NCBI GenBank assembly: GCA_030583825.1
Contig: CP129477.1
Span: 694,294 to 758,293, forward strand
Reading direction: 5' to 3'
DNA: 64,000 nucleotides
From: Candidatus Dojkabacteria bacterium
GTDB taxonomy: Bacteria > Patescibacteriota > Dojkabacteria > GCA-002793355
Shown: positions 1-9,539 of the stretch, piece by piece
Layout: each line of letters opens with the position of its first letter
Numbering within the stretch: the stretch's first letter is position 1
Notes under the pieces: model-generated
The model's input: only the letters and a program-made list of their open reading frames with translations
What the model was told of the DNA's origin: nothing
Database searches by the model: none
Position numbers and translations under genes: made by a program

Positions 1-1066
1 CCATACCTTTCTTCACATCGCTGAGAATATCGCCAATATCTCCTGCCATTGCGCCAACCAGATTAAACCATGATTGTTTTATTCGGTGGTCAGTAATTCG
101 GCTTTGCGGATAGTTATATGTTCGGATTTTTTCTGAACGCTCAGCTCCACCAATTTGTGAGCGGCGTAAATCGGTAAGCTCCTTTGTTGCGCTTTCCTGC
201 TGCATCAAATATAGCTTTGATTTCAACATTCTAATGGCATTTTCGCGGTTTTTAAGCTGTGATCGGCTTTCTTGGCATGACACAACAATCCCGGACGGAA
301 TATGTCTCAAACGAACGGCGGTTGAAACTTTGTTAACATTTTGTCCACCTGGGCCGCTTGAACGGTACGCTTCGAACTCAAGGTCTGATGGGTTAATATG
401 AATATCTACGTCTTCGACTTCCGGTAAAATTGCTACGGTTGCGGTAGAAGTATGGATTCTCCCGGCATTCTCAGTCGCTGGAATACGCTGAACGCGGTGA
501 ACACCGCTTTCAAATTGTAATGCGTCGTATGCACCGTCTCCACGGATAAAAAAGTTTACAAACCTAAATCCGCTTGCAACGGAGCCGTCACTATCGCTAA
601 TTTCAATTTTCCACCCCTTCTGGTCAGCATACAGAGAATACATTTTGAACAAATCGCGTGCAAAAAGAGAGGCTTCTTCACCTCCAGTTCCTGAGCGGAT
701 TTCAACAACAACGTTTTGATATTTTGATTTCTTTGAGAATAAATCTTCGTGAAGTGGGGGAATCTTACTTTCAAGCTCTTTTAGCTCTTCTTCTGCAAGT
801 GCTCGCATCTCTGCATCCGTAGTTGCGTCGGTTACAAGCCACTTTGTTTCTTCATACTGCTTTGAAAGTTTAAGGAGAGTTTGCTGTTTTTCTAAAGACT
901 CCTGAAGTTTGCTCAGCTTTTTATACGAGTCAATATATTCCTGAGAGCTGTAGTTTTGATTCTGATCAACGAACGACTGTAATTCTGAGATTTCTTTAGA
1001 CGTTTGGGCAATAAGCGACTCGACCGAAGCAATAAGAGACGAAATACTTTCGTTGTCGAACGTCAT
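1..1066 (-). CDS. prfA: Peptide chain release factor 1; the 3' end is truncated by the window edge
   Basis: The minus-strand translation from the ATG at 1066 reads MTFDNESISSLIASVESLIAQTSKEISELQ. It contains RVQRIPATENAGRIHTSTATVAILPE (the RF1-type PxT motif) and YRSSGPGGQNVNKVSTAVRLRHIPSG (the GGQ motif). The ORF runs off position 1. Confidence 0.85.
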   Translation of the reverse strand, partial: MTFDNESISSLIASVESLIAQTSKEISELQSFVDQNQNYSSQEYIDSYKKLSKLQESLEKQQTLLKLSKQYEETKWLVTDATTDAEMRALAEEELKELESKIPPLHEDLFSKKSKYQNVVVEIRSGTGGEEASLFARDLFKMYSLYADQKGWKIEISDSDGSVASGFRFVNFFIRGDGAYDALQFESGVHRVQRIPATENAGRIHTSTATVAILPEVEDVDIHINPSDLEFEAYRSSGPGGQNVNKVSTAVRLRHIPSGIVVSCQESRSQLKNRENAIRMLKSKLYLMQQESATKELTDLRRSQIGGAERSEKIRTYNYPQSRITDHRIKQSWFNLVGAMAGDIGDILSDVKKGM

Positions 1067-1081
1067 AGAGTTGTGAAATAC

Positions 1082-1315
1082 CTACTTTGATTTTACCTTC
1101 TGCAAGCTCTGAGACTTTTGCTGTCTCTCGAGGAATCGTGACACACGGTTTGTTGAGTCAATAATCGTGTTCTTTCCGGTATATGCAGGGTGGCACTGTG
1201 AGCAAATGCTTACTAAAAATCCGTCTGCTGAAGTGGTTCCAACAGTAAATTCCGAATCACAGTTTGCGCACTTGACTGTGACAACGCTATATTTTGGATG
1301 AGTTTCCTTTTTCAT
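1082..1315 (-). CDS. rpmE: 50S ribosomal protein L31
   Basis: The 77-aa product is MKKETHPKY...CANCDSEF...CSQCHPAYTGK, showing the L31 Cys motif and HPFYTG-like motif. It lies immediately upstream of prfA on the same strand. Confidence 0.85.
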   Translation of the reverse strand: MKKETHPKYSVVTVKCANCDSEFTVGTTSADGFLVSICSQCHPAYTGKNTIIDSTNRVSRFLERQQKSQSLQKVKSK

Positions 1316-1372
1316 AACGGCCTATTATACATCGAATATTGGAGCAATGCAATGAGTGCTGTTTCTCAGCGT

Positions 1373-3955
1373 TTACTTCTGAGAAATCCGCAATTGTGCT
1401 TTTAAGATCTCTTCTGTGACAGGAAGAATAAGTGAGAATCCTGCAATAATTCCGAGAATATGTAAGGGCAGAGTAGTCATGCTGAAGACTGATGGAAAAA
1501 TGAATACAATTGCTCCCCAGATTGCGAAACCTATTGCAATTGAGATAGTCATCAGCTTGTTGGTAAAAATCCCGTAGTGCCACAGTGCTGAATCGAAACT
1601 TCTAGCTGTGAATCCGCGTAGTAATTTCTGGAAGATATATGCGGTGAATGTGGCTGTTTGTGCAAGAACAAGCCCATATGGAAGGAGCAGATAAAACACT
1701 GCGAATAGGAAAATACTCGAAATCAAGCCTAAAACAAGCGTGGAAATAGTGATCCTTCGCGTAATAATGCTCTCAGCTTTTGGCTTTGGAGGCTTATTCA
1801 TAACGTTCTTATCGCCTTTTTCTGCGGCCATTGCCATTGCGGGAGCAGCGTCAGTCAGTAGGTTAATAATTAGCAAGCTGACCGGACTGAGCGGAGACGG
1901 AAGATTAAATACCAATGCAAGAATAAATACTCCAACCTGACAAACATTTCCACTAAGGAGGTAGTGTAGATACAAGCGTGTGCGGAACATAATCAGACGT
2001 CCAACTTCTACAGCACTTGCGAGTGCACTATACGATCCAGTGATAATAACATCAGAGGCTTCTTTGATAATATCGGTTGCGTTTGCAACTCCAATGCCGA
2101 TATCTGCGGTTTTAACTGCGATTGCGTCGTTGATTCCATCGCCAGCCATTGCAACGGTAAATCCTGCCTTTTTAAAGATTTTTACTAATTCCTGTTTGTG
2201 GTACGGAGTCACTCGTGCGAAAACCCGAGTATTTACGATATCTTGCTCTGTGACAACGATTTTTCCATTTAGGTAGAGATCCAAATCTTTGCCTGAAAGT
2301 ACTTTTTCATTTTCTGATGAGATAATTCCTGCCGAAAGTGCAATTGTTTTTGCGATTGCAGGGTGGTCTCCAGTAATCATAATCGGTACAATTCCTGCTG
2401 TTTTTAACACAGCAACTGTTTCTGCGACATCGGGGCGTAGTGGATCCATCAGCGCGACAAGTCCAAGAAATACTAATTCTGTTTCGACTTCATCTCTGTT
2501 GGAAATATCTTTTGTTTCGGGCAGTTCTCGATATGCAAGGCAGAGTACTCGGTATCCTTGTGAAGCAAGCTCTTCAGCTTTTGCGAGCGCTATTTCTTTC
2601 TCTTTCTCGGTGAGTTTTGTGAGTGTGTGGTCAGCAGCATAGTTTTCTTCACAGAGAGGAATAAGTACGTCTGGTGCGCCCTTCGCATAGCTATGAAGCT
2701 TACCGTCAATATCTTTAACAATGCTCATTCGTTTTACGTCGCTGGAAAATCTGTGCTCATGTTTACGCTCAGTGAGTTCAAAGCTAAGACCTTTACGTGA
2801 GAGAAAGTTTACAAGTGCCAACTCTGTTGCTCCTTTTGAGTTATTACAAAACTGAATAACTTCCATGATTCGCTTGTCAAGCGGTGTTTCCGGAGTAAAA
2901 TTTTCTGCATCAATTTCTTTGTTAAAGACCCACAATTTCTCAACTGTCATTGTTCCCTGTGTGATCGTTCCAGTTTTATCGGTGCCAAGAAGCGACACGC
3001 TTCCCATACCTTCTGCTGCAACAAGTCGTTTGATAATTGCTTTCTTTTGCACCATTTCTCTTACGCCGAGAGCTAGAACAACGGTCATTACGGCTGTTAG
3101 TCCTTCTGGAATAAATGCTATTGCAAGTGATAATGCTTCGATTGCGCCGTCAATAAGGGATTCTCCACGAAGTAATGTGACACCAAAAATAACGGAACAA
3201 AGAATAATCGTTGCCCAAAAAAGAAATTTACTGAGTTTTTCGAGCTGTAATTGCAGTGGAGTAGGTTCATCTTCGGTTTCTTCCAACTTTTGTGCGATTG
3301 CGCCAAGTTCAGTGTTGTTCCCTACAGCAGTAACAATAGCTTTTACGCTTCCCTGGATAGTAAATGTTCCGGAAAAAATCATGTTTGTACGCTCTGCTAA
3401 CGTTGTGTCTTTGTCTATTATTTGAGAAGTTTTCTTTACCGGAAGAGATTCGCCAGTAAGCATAGATTCATCCATTGCAAGGTCAATTGGCTGTATAACG
3501 CGGGCATCTGCGGGAACTCTGTCTCCTTCTACGAGATAGAGAAGATCCCCAACAACTACTTCTGATGCAGGAATTTTAACGCTTTTTCCCTCACGGATAA
3601 CGGTTGTTTCAAGTTCAGTGAGGCTTTTGAGTTTATCAACTGCTTTGTCGGCATTGTATTCAAGATACACACCGATTACTGCCATAAAAAGAACGATTCC
3701 TCCGATAAGTGAGGCTTCGAATATCTTTCCTGTAAATGCCGCGAGTACGACAGCAAGCAGCAAAATAATAACAATTGGATTTGTGAGTTGTGCAATAAAC
3801 AGTGAAAGGATTCCTGGTTTTTTCTTTGAAAAGAGTACGTTTGAGCCAAATTTTTCGCGGTTTGCAGGTATCTGCTCGTGAGAAAGTCCGTCTTTTTCAG
3901 ATGAATTAAAAAAAGAAACAATATTCTCGGCAGATTGAGATATGAAATCTGTCAT
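1373..3955 (-). CDS. Cation-transporting P-type ATPase (P2-type, Ca2+/Mg2+-like)
   Basis: The 860-aa product carries the DKTGTIT phosphorylation motif, TGDHPAIA, GDGINDAIA, and both N- and C-terminal transmembrane blocks. Confidence 0.85.
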   Translation of the reverse strand: MTDFISQSAENIVSFFNSSEKDGLSHEQIPANREKFGSNVLFSKKKPGILSLFIAQLTNPIVIILLLAVVLAAFTGKIFEASLIGGIVLFMAVIGVYLEYNADKAVDKLKSLTELETTVIREGKSVKIPASEVVVGDLLYLVEGDRVPADARVIQPIDLAMDESMLTGESLPVKKTSQIIDKDTTLAERTNMIFSGTFTIQGSVKAIVTAVGNNTELGAIAQKLEETEDEPTPLQLQLEKLSKFLFWATIILCSVIFGVTLLRGESLIDGAIEALSLAIAFIPEGLTAVMTVVLALGVREMVQKKAIIKRLVAAEGMGSVSLLGTDKTGTITQGTMTVEKLWVFNKEIDAENFTPETPLDKRIMEVIQFCNNSKGATELALVNFLSRKGLSFELTERKHEHRFSSDVKRMSIVKDIDGKLHSYAKGAPDVLIPLCEENYAADHTLTKLTEKEKEIALAKAEELASQGYRVLCLAYRELPETKDISNRDEVETELVFLGLVALMDPLRPDVAETVAVLKTAGIVPIMITGDHPAIAKTIALSAGIISSENEKVLSGKDLDLYLNGKIVVTEQDIVNTRVFARVTPYHKQELVKIFKKAGFTVAMAGDGINDAIAVKTADIGIGVANATDIIKEASDVIITGSYSALASAVEVGRLIMFRTRLYLHYLLSGNVCQVGVFILALVFNLPSPLSPVSLLIINLLTDAAPAMAMAAEKGDKNVMNKPPKPKAESIITRRITISTLVLGLISSIFLFAVFYLLLPYGLVLAQTATFTAYIFQKLLRGFTARSFDSALWHYGIFTNKLMTISIAIGFAIWGAIVFIFPSVFSMTTLPLHILGIIAGFSLILPVTEEILKAQLRISQK

Positions 3956-4065
3956 GGGTGCATTTTAACAACTTCACTCGAAAGATTCAAAAGAAGAAGC
4001 TGTTTATTTGGTAGCTTGGAGCCACGGTGTTTAGTTATATTTTAGTGTAAAGCCTTCAAATAAGA

Positions 4066-4171
4066 TTTTTCTCCCTCGTGCAGTTAATTTTTCTTAACGA
4101 CTCACTCGTTATGCTTTCACAGTATGAATGTTCGCTAAAAAATTAATGAACTCGCTCTAAAAAACTTATTC
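4066..4171. repeat. Intergenic repeat family A, copy 1 (about 105 bp)
   Basis: The 42-nt segment tttttctccctcgtgcagttaatttttcttaacgactcactc and the 26-nt segment tatgaatgttcgctaaaaaattaatg are identical to copy 2 at 5913-6023. A diverged 15-nt segment separates them. Confidence 0.6.
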
Positions 4172-4203
4172 AAAACCTTACACTTAGTAACGAGAGTTTA
4201 CTC

Positions 4204-4545
4204 CTACGCTGGATTGCCGTTGATGACATCGCGGAGAGCGGTGATAAGAACTTCGCGCTCCTGAACACCAACAAATTGCTTTACAATTTCTCCTTTGTAG
4301 AAAATAAGCAATGTAGGGATGCTCATAATGTTGTAACGCTCTGCAAGCTCTGGATAGTCCTCAATATGAACTTTTCCAATAGCAATGCTATCGCCCATTT
4401 CTTCGCCTACTGCTTCAACAATCGGCGTAACCATTTGGCAAGGAACACACCACACTGCCCAGAAGTCCACAAGAACAGGTTGAGTTTGATTTTGTAATAC
4501 TAATTCTTCAAAGTTTTGCGTGGTTAATTCAACAGGAACGGCCAT
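4204..4545 (-). CDS. trxA: Thioredoxin
   Basis: The 113-aa product has a WAVWCVPCQ active site (CxxC) and a thioredoxin-fold length. Confidence 0.85.
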   Translation of the reverse strand: MAVPVELTTQNFEELVLQNQTQPVLVDFWAVWCVPCQMVTPIVEAVGEEMGDSIAIGKVHIEDYPELAERYNIMSIPTLLIFYKGEIVKQFVGVQEREVLITALRDVINGNPA

Positions 4546-4679
4546 AAATCACTAGAATAATATTAGAATATTTCTATTGTAGCACTTCGTATACGCATTG
4601 CAAAACTATTATAAAGAAACACTCAAAAAGTCGGCTACTTACATTGCCAACATCAGGAAAATGATATACTTATAGTATT

Positions 4680-5906
4680 ATGACATTGCCCTGGCAGAAG
4701 AAAGCAAAGAAAAAAACGACAACGACGCCATCTCAATCAAAAGGTATGTTTGGAATTGCTCGTCCTACCGGTAAAAAGTCATACGCCGGAGAAAGAATGC
4801 AGAAAATGATCCGTGAAAGAACAGTGCTATTGCTCCGATTATTTGTAGTCGGTTCAATTGCAGGAATTGTCTTTCTTATTGTTGTGGGAACACTTGCAGG
4901 TGCGGCATTATCGCTAAAAACCGGCGAAAAACTTTCAATCGTAAGTGCTGCGGAAAACCTTGTAAGACAGTCTCCACTTGGACAGTATCTTCCAAGGGAA
5001 CCTGAAGCAACAAAGTACGATGTTATCGGACTACCAGGAGTTCCTGAATTTCCTCATAGTGAATTTATTTTTGCAGGAGCAGTCACGAGAACTCAGCAAA
5101 CCTTTGAAATTAACTTGCAGGGATATTCAACAACTGACCAACAGGAACTTTTTCGTTTTTTAAGTAATGGGCAAAGTGTTTACTTTCTTCCTGTAGGAAC
5201 TCGTTGGGCCGATGTCGTTGAATTTTACGAAACGGAACTTCCTGCAGCGGGGTGGAATCATGTTTTAAGTGTTGGAGTGGAAGATTTAGAACGTATTCCA
5301 GGCGAATTTTTTGTTAAGGAAAATAAAGGATTGCACGTATATTCTGTTTCAAACGATATTTGGTATGAATATATTACAAAAGAGCAGGCAGAAAATGGCC
5401 TAAAAGATAGAGTTGTGGCGTATAAAACAAAGCAATTACTTGTAGAATCTGCATCAGGAAATGAAACGCCGCAACAGTCGTGGTGGAAATTACGGTATAC
5501 AAATGAGTGGGAAATGACGGTAAGTAATCATATGATCCTTGGTGAGCCAATTGTGTCATTTAGAAACAAGAAAACCCCCGCATATTTGATAATTTCTCCA
5601 CATGCGAGGTACCGTGAAAAACCTGAAGATGTAGAATATTCATATTTGGAAAATGTCGCCAACGAGTACATGCGCGGCTGGTTAGCGACTCGTCCACCTT
5701 CGATGAGTATGGCTAATTTTCAAACAAATAAAATTACAATTGCCGATGCTAAAGCAGTTGAAGTAGTTTCTTCGAAGGATCAAGCTTACTTTGCATTTGT
5801 CATTAATAAAGAAAATAGCCTTTTATATGTAATTGAGTCGTTTCAAGATACAAATAGCGACTTTTATGAATATGTGAAGGGAAATGTTCGGACTACTAAA
5901 AAATAA
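4680..5906 (+). CDS. Hypothetical membrane-anchored protein
   Basis: The 408-aa ORF has a basic N-terminus followed by a single transmembrane helix (LLLRLFVVGSIAGIVFLIVVGTLAG) and a large extracytoplasmic domain. No recognisable motif was seen. Confidence 0.5.
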   Translation: MTLPWQKKAKKKTTTTPSQSKGMFGIARPTGKKSYAGERMQKMIRERTVLLLRLFVVGSIAGIVFLIVVGTLAGAALSLKTGEKLSIVSAAENLVRQSPLGQYLPREPEATKYDVIGLPGVPEFPHSEFIFAGAVTRTQQTFEINLQGYSTTDQQELFRFLSNGQSVYFLPVGTRWADVVEFYETELPAAGWNHVLSVGVEDLERIPGEFFVKENKGLHVYSVSNDIWYEYITKEQAENGLKDRVVAYKTKQLLVESASGNETPQQSWWKLRYTNEWEMTVSNHMILGEPIVSFRNKKTPAYLIISPHARYREKPEDVEYSYLENVANEYMRGWLATRPPSMSMANFQTNKITIADAKAVEVVSSKDQAYFAFVINKENSLLYVIESFQDTNSDFYEYVKGNVRTTKK

Positions 5907-5912
5907 AAAATG

Positions 5913-6023
5913 TTTTTCTCCCTCGTGCAGTTAATTTTTCTTAACGACTCACTCATTATGTTCTTAGAGTATGAATGTTCGCTAAAAAATTAATGGACTC
6001 ATTCAAAAAAGCATTTTTTATTC
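5913..6023. repeat. Intergenic repeat family A, copy 2
   Basis: It shares 42-nt and 26-nt identical blocks with 4066-4171 and begins 7 nt after the stop of the 4680-5906 ORF. Confidence 0.6.
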
Positions 6024-6151
6024 TCCGGGATACATTGTAGATTTGCTCTATAATTTATTTTTTACCAAAGCGGGGTTGTCTTATAGTGTAGCGATTGCTA
6101 TAATGCACGGATCGTATTGTTTTTTAGCTGTACCTTTAGAAAGGACGAAAA

Positions 6152-6328
6152 ATGCCTCCTCAATATCTTCAACCACTTATTGAACTGTTAGCAAAGCTCA
6201 TTCGAGCAAATAGCAATCCAGATGTGGTAACTCCCAACTCGGATGACATTCTTGTAATCAATACTTTACTCCAATATGAACGTGGAGAAGACATGGTTAC
6301 AGAAGCTTATCGTCTCGCGTTTGCCTGA
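6152..6328 (+). CDS. Small hypothetical protein (58 aa)
   Basis: An ATG preceded by AAAGGAcgaaaa (Shine-Dalgarno-like) opens an ORF reading MPPQYLQPLIELLAKLIRANSNPDVVTPNSDDILVINTLLQYERGEDMVTEAYRLAFA. It falls below the ORF-track size cutoff. Confidence 0.3.
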   Translation: MPPQYLQPLIELLAKLIRANSNPDVVTPNSDDILVINTLLQYERGEDMVTEAYRLAFA

Positions 6329-6468
6329 GGCAATACACAACGCTGGAGATAGATTTATCTAACAAACAAGAATGAATCTATCTCCTCCGTATCACTTTTT
6401 TGTCCAATTTCCCGCCGAGAAAAAAGGATACTCTTTAACTCCTCCCCATTTCGCGATACACTAAAGCT

Positions 6469-8037
6469 ATGCCTCGCCGAGTTCCAGGGCCAGTCGTCCT
6501 GCTAATTTTAGATGGAGTTGCCAGCCATGACCCACATCCGGGAAATGCTGTTACTCGCGCAAATCCTGAGTTTTTAAGCAGTATATGGGAGTCGTATCCT
6601 CATGGACTTTTGTATGCGGCTGCCGAATATGTGGGACTTCCTAAGTACGTAAAAGGTAATAGCGAAGTCGGTCATACGAACATTGGTGCAGGAAAGATCG
6701 TATTTCAGTACCTTCCACGTATAAATCAGGCAATAGAAAAGAGGCTGTATCATTCAAATCAGGCCATTTCTCAGGTTATTGACACTGTAAAGGCTCGTGG
6801 AACTGCGTTTCACTTGCTGTTTTGTGCTAGCGATGGAGATGTTCACTCAACAATTAACCACTTAAAGCCAACTTTGGAGATGTGCAAAGAGCGTGGGTTA
6901 ACCCAAAATGTATTTTTACATGCGTTTACCGATGGTAGAGACTCCTCTCAGCGATCAGCAGAGCAGTATTTTACTCAAATTGAAGAGTGGCTCGCTCAAT
7001 ACGGTGTTGGAAAGATTGCCACAATTATCGGCCGTCAATACGCAATGGACAGAAATAAAACATGGGCTCGTACGAAAAAAGCCTATGACTTGCTTACTGG
7101 ACACGTTGGAACACTTAAACCCGGCTGGAGAGAAGTTATCGCTGATTCTTACGCAAATAATATTTCCGACGAATTTGTTGAACCATACGTAATTCAAGAC
7201 CCCGATGTTGCGGCACAAGGCTATATAAAAAGTAACGATGGAGTCTTTTTCTTAAATATTCGTCCGGACAGAGCAGTACAACTCACTGAGGCGCTTTTGA
7301 TGCCGGCATTTATCGGTTTTTCCAGAGATAGAATCCTTGAAAACCTCAGTATGGTAACAATGGTCAGATATAATAAAGAATTTCCCGTTTCTGTCGCGTT
7401 CCCTCCTGCAGATGTTACTATGCCGCTCGGAAGGGTTGTTTCTATGTCAGGAATGAGGCAATTACGTTTGTCTGAATCTCAGAAATTTCCCCACGTTACG
7501 TATTTTGTAAATGGCGGAAATAATATTGTTTATCCTGGTGAATTGCGCATAAATATCCCTTCTCCGGATGTTCCGACCTTCGATGTTGTTCCTGAAATGA
7601 GCATTTACAAAGTGCTCGATACATTTTTACATGAGTTATCACTAAATATCTTTGACCTTTTTATTATCAACTTTGCCAATGGAGATATGGTCGGTCACAC
7701 AGGTGTTCTTGATGCCGGCGTAATGGCAGTAAAACATGTAGACTATTGTGCCTCGGTAATAGTGAAAAATGTCCTTGCGAAAAACGGTGCAGTATTTGTG
7801 ACTGCAGACCATGGAAACGTTGATGAAATGATAAATCTTGAAGACGAATCGCAGGTAAGTACGGAGCATTCGATATTCCCCGTGCCGTTTGTGGCCATAT
7901 ACAAAAATGCCCGTCCATATGAGTTTCCAATTGGACAGTTATCTGATATAGCACCCACAGTTCTCGACTTCTTAGGTCTTGAACCTCCTCCAGACATGAC
8001 AGGAAGAGTATTGATTGACAAAGGCGCTACGTTTTAA
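6469..8037 (+). CDS. gpmI: 2,3-bisphosphoglycerate-independent phosphoglycerate mutase
   Basis: The 522-aa product shows LLILDGV...NSEVGHTNIGAGKIV and the metal-binding layout typical of iPGM. Its length also matches iPGM. Confidence 0.85.
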   Translation: MPRRVPGPVVLLILDGVASHDPHPGNAVTRANPEFLSSIWESYPHGLLYAAAEYVGLPKYVKGNSEVGHTNIGAGKIVFQYLPRINQAIEKRLYHSNQAISQVIDTVKARGTAFHLLFCASDGDVHSTINHLKPTLEMCKERGLTQNVFLHAFTDGRDSSQRSAEQYFTQIEEWLAQYGVGKIATIIGRQYAMDRNKTWARTKKAYDLLTGHVGTLKPGWREVIADSYANNISDEFVEPYVIQDPDVAAQGYIKSNDGVFFLNIRPDRAVQLTEALLMPAFIGFSRDRILENLSMVTMVRYNKEFPVSVAFPPADVTMPLGRVVSMSGMRQLRLSESQKFPHVTYFVNGGNNIVYPGELRINIPSPDVPTFDVVPEMSIYKVLDTFLHELSLNIFDLFIINFANGDMVGHTGVLDAGVMAVKHVDYCASVIVKNVLAKNGAVFVTADHGNVDEMINLEDESQVSTEHSIFPVPFVAIYKNARPYEFPIGQLSDIAPTVLDFLGLEPPPDMTGRVLIDKGATF

Positions 8038-8105
8038 GTATCAAACTATCCATAGCTTTAGATTATAGAAAGTAACCATATATCCGGTCTTTAACAAAGA
8101 AGAAT

Positions 8106-8137
8106 ATGTATTTTTATACATAATGTATTGTGCTATA
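8106..8137 (+). promoter_or_regulatory. Candidate promoter and operator of toxin-antitoxin pair 1
   Basis: An inverted repeat ATGTAT-tttt-ATACAT (8106-8121) plus a third ATGTAT sit immediately upstream of an extended -10 TGcTATAAT (8129-8137). This lies about 40 nt upstream of the antitoxin start. Confidence 0.3.
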
Positions 8138-8174
8138 ATTAATGTACTATAAATAAATTAATGGGATATGAACT

Positions 8175-8447
8175 ATGCGTTATTTTGCAACAGTAACAAG
8201 TCAGTACCAAATTACGGTGCCAAAAGAGATCCGAAAGAAATTGAAATTGAAGAGTAAAGATAAAATTTTCTTTGATATTGACCATAAAAATGAAATCAAG
8301 GTTTCAAAAGGGCACTCATTTATGGATCTTGCAGGAAAATATCATTCTTATGCACTGAAGAACAAAACGTTGGATGAGACCTTAAAACTTGAACAAGATG
8401 CTCTAGAAGAAGCTATTGTGGAAGATGTCATTAAATCGAGTAAATAA
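8175..8447 (+). CDS. AbrB/SpoVT (MazE-like) family antitoxin
   Basis: The 90-aa product has N-terminal QYQITVPKEIRKKLKLKSKDKIFF, a swapped-hairpin beta-barrel DNA-binding motif. It is directly followed by a PIN-domain gene. Confidence 0.6.
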   Translation: MRYFATVTSQYQITVPKEIRKKLKLKSKDKIFFDIDHKNEIKVSKGHSFMDLAGKYHSYALKNKTLDETLKLEQDALEEAIVEDVIKSSK

Positions 8448-8451
8448 TGTT

Positions 8452-8847
8452 ATGAAAACTTTCTATCTTGATACTAATTACATTCTGAGGTTTATTTTGG
8501 CGGATAGTAAAGAGCAATTTATTGAGTCAAAGAAGCTTTTCCAGAGTGGAGTAGAGAAAAAAGTGCGTTTAGTGATTCTTTCACAAATAGTATTTGAATT
8601 GGACTTTATTTTACGGCGAGTTTACAAGTTCAATAAGGCTGAAGTAGTAAATGTTATCTCCACGTTATTTATTATTCCAACCGTAAAGATAAGTAATGCA
8701 AAATTATTGCTAAGCGCTCTAGAAGTTTATAAAGGGGAAAACCTCTCGCTTGTGGACTCTTACCTCCATGCATGTGCTCATGCAAATAATGCTAAGATCG
8801 CGACATTTGATAAGAAACTAAGAAAACTTTCTGTCCACGCTGAATAA
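8452..8847 (+). CDS. PIN-domain toxin (VapC-like)
   Basis: From MKTFYLDTNYILRF... there is a conserved Asp near the N-terminus and about 130 aa, matching a PIN fold. The track ORF starts at 8416, but an internal Met at 8452 just after the antitoxin stop is the more likely start. Confidence 0.55.
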   Translation: MKTFYLDTNYILRFILADSKEQFIESKKLFQSGVEKKVRLVILSQIVFELDFILRRVYKFNKAEVVNVISTLFIIPTVKISNAKLLLSALEVYKGENLSLVDSYLHACAHANNAKIATFDKKLRKLSVHAE

Positions 8848-8913
8848 GCTTTTTTGTCCATAAAGAACACACCAATATTTACTATAAGATATATTTGTGC
8901 TATAATATGACCT

Positions 8914-9531
8914 ATGATGTTACACACACAAATGTATCAGACATCTGCCCGAATGATGATGTATCTTGGACTTTTTCTGGCCATGATACTTGGCTTGTGG
9001 GGATTCTCAGTATATTCATGGATATATTCTCCAACAACCAAAACATTCGCAGAATATGAAAACTTAATGCCAACCGAACAGGTTTTTGGCGCAGCCGAGA
9101 AGGTAGCAGTTGCAGAACTTCCTGGCAGCGAGATTACAGATGATCCTCGCGAAACTGAGCTTTTCAATAAAAAAGTTGAGGAAGTACGAAACTTCTTGAA
9201 TAAATATAAAGCTCCGCTCGCCGCAAACGCAGAAGATTTCGTTCGTGCAGCAGATATTTACAAAATTGACTACCGATTATTGCCATCTATCTCTATTGTC
9301 GAGTCAAGCGGTGGAAAACACCTGTTTAAGCCATATAATCCATTCGGTTGGGGTAAATGGGGATATCCAAACTTTACTGCAGCAATTTATGATGTTTCAA
9401 GAGGTATGTCACGATATTACGCACGAGGTGCGGATACTCCAGAAGAAATTGCTCGAACATATAACCCTGTCACTCCTCAGCAGTGGAGCGGTAAAGTCAG
9501 AAAATTGACGGCACAAATGAAGCCATTATAA
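8914..9531 (+). CDS. Membrane-anchored protein with a glucosaminidase/lysozyme-like motif
   Basis: It has an N-terminal transmembrane helix. SISIVESSGGKHLFKPYNPFGWGKW resembles the ESGWG...NLFG core of the FlgJ-type glucosaminidase family. The assignment is weak. Confidence 0.35.
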   Translation: MMLHTQMYQTSARMMMYLGLFLAMILGLWGFSVYSWIYSPTTKTFAEYENLMPTEQVFGAAEKVAVAELPGSEITDDPRETELFNKKVEEVRNFLNKYKAPLAANAEDFVRAADIYKIDYRLLPSISIVESSGGKHLFKPYNPFGWGKWGYPNFTAAIYDVSRGMSRYYARGADTPEEIARTYNPVTPQQWSGKVRKLTAQMKPL

Positions 9532-9539
9532 AATGGTGT

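Noticed and set aside
1-1066. Considered whether the release factor is prfB with a programmed +1 frameshift.
   Set aside because: The translation is continuous from the ATG at 1066 and contains the RF1-specific PAT tripeptide rather than SPF. No frameshift is needed.
1740-3881. Several plus-strand ORFs of 60-190 aa lie inside the P-type ATPase gene.
   Set aside because: They are antisense to a well-supported 860-aa ATPase ORF, have low-complexity Ser/Ile-rich products and no start context. They are shadow ORFs.
5913-5990. A 27-aa ORF (MFFSLVQLIFLNDSLIMFLEYECSLKN) starts right after the stop of the upstream gene in copy 2 of repeat A.
   Set aside because: The ATG and the first four codons are not conserved in copy 1, where an in-frame stop precedes. 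Only the shorter mini-ORF is shared, so the longer form is not called as a gene.
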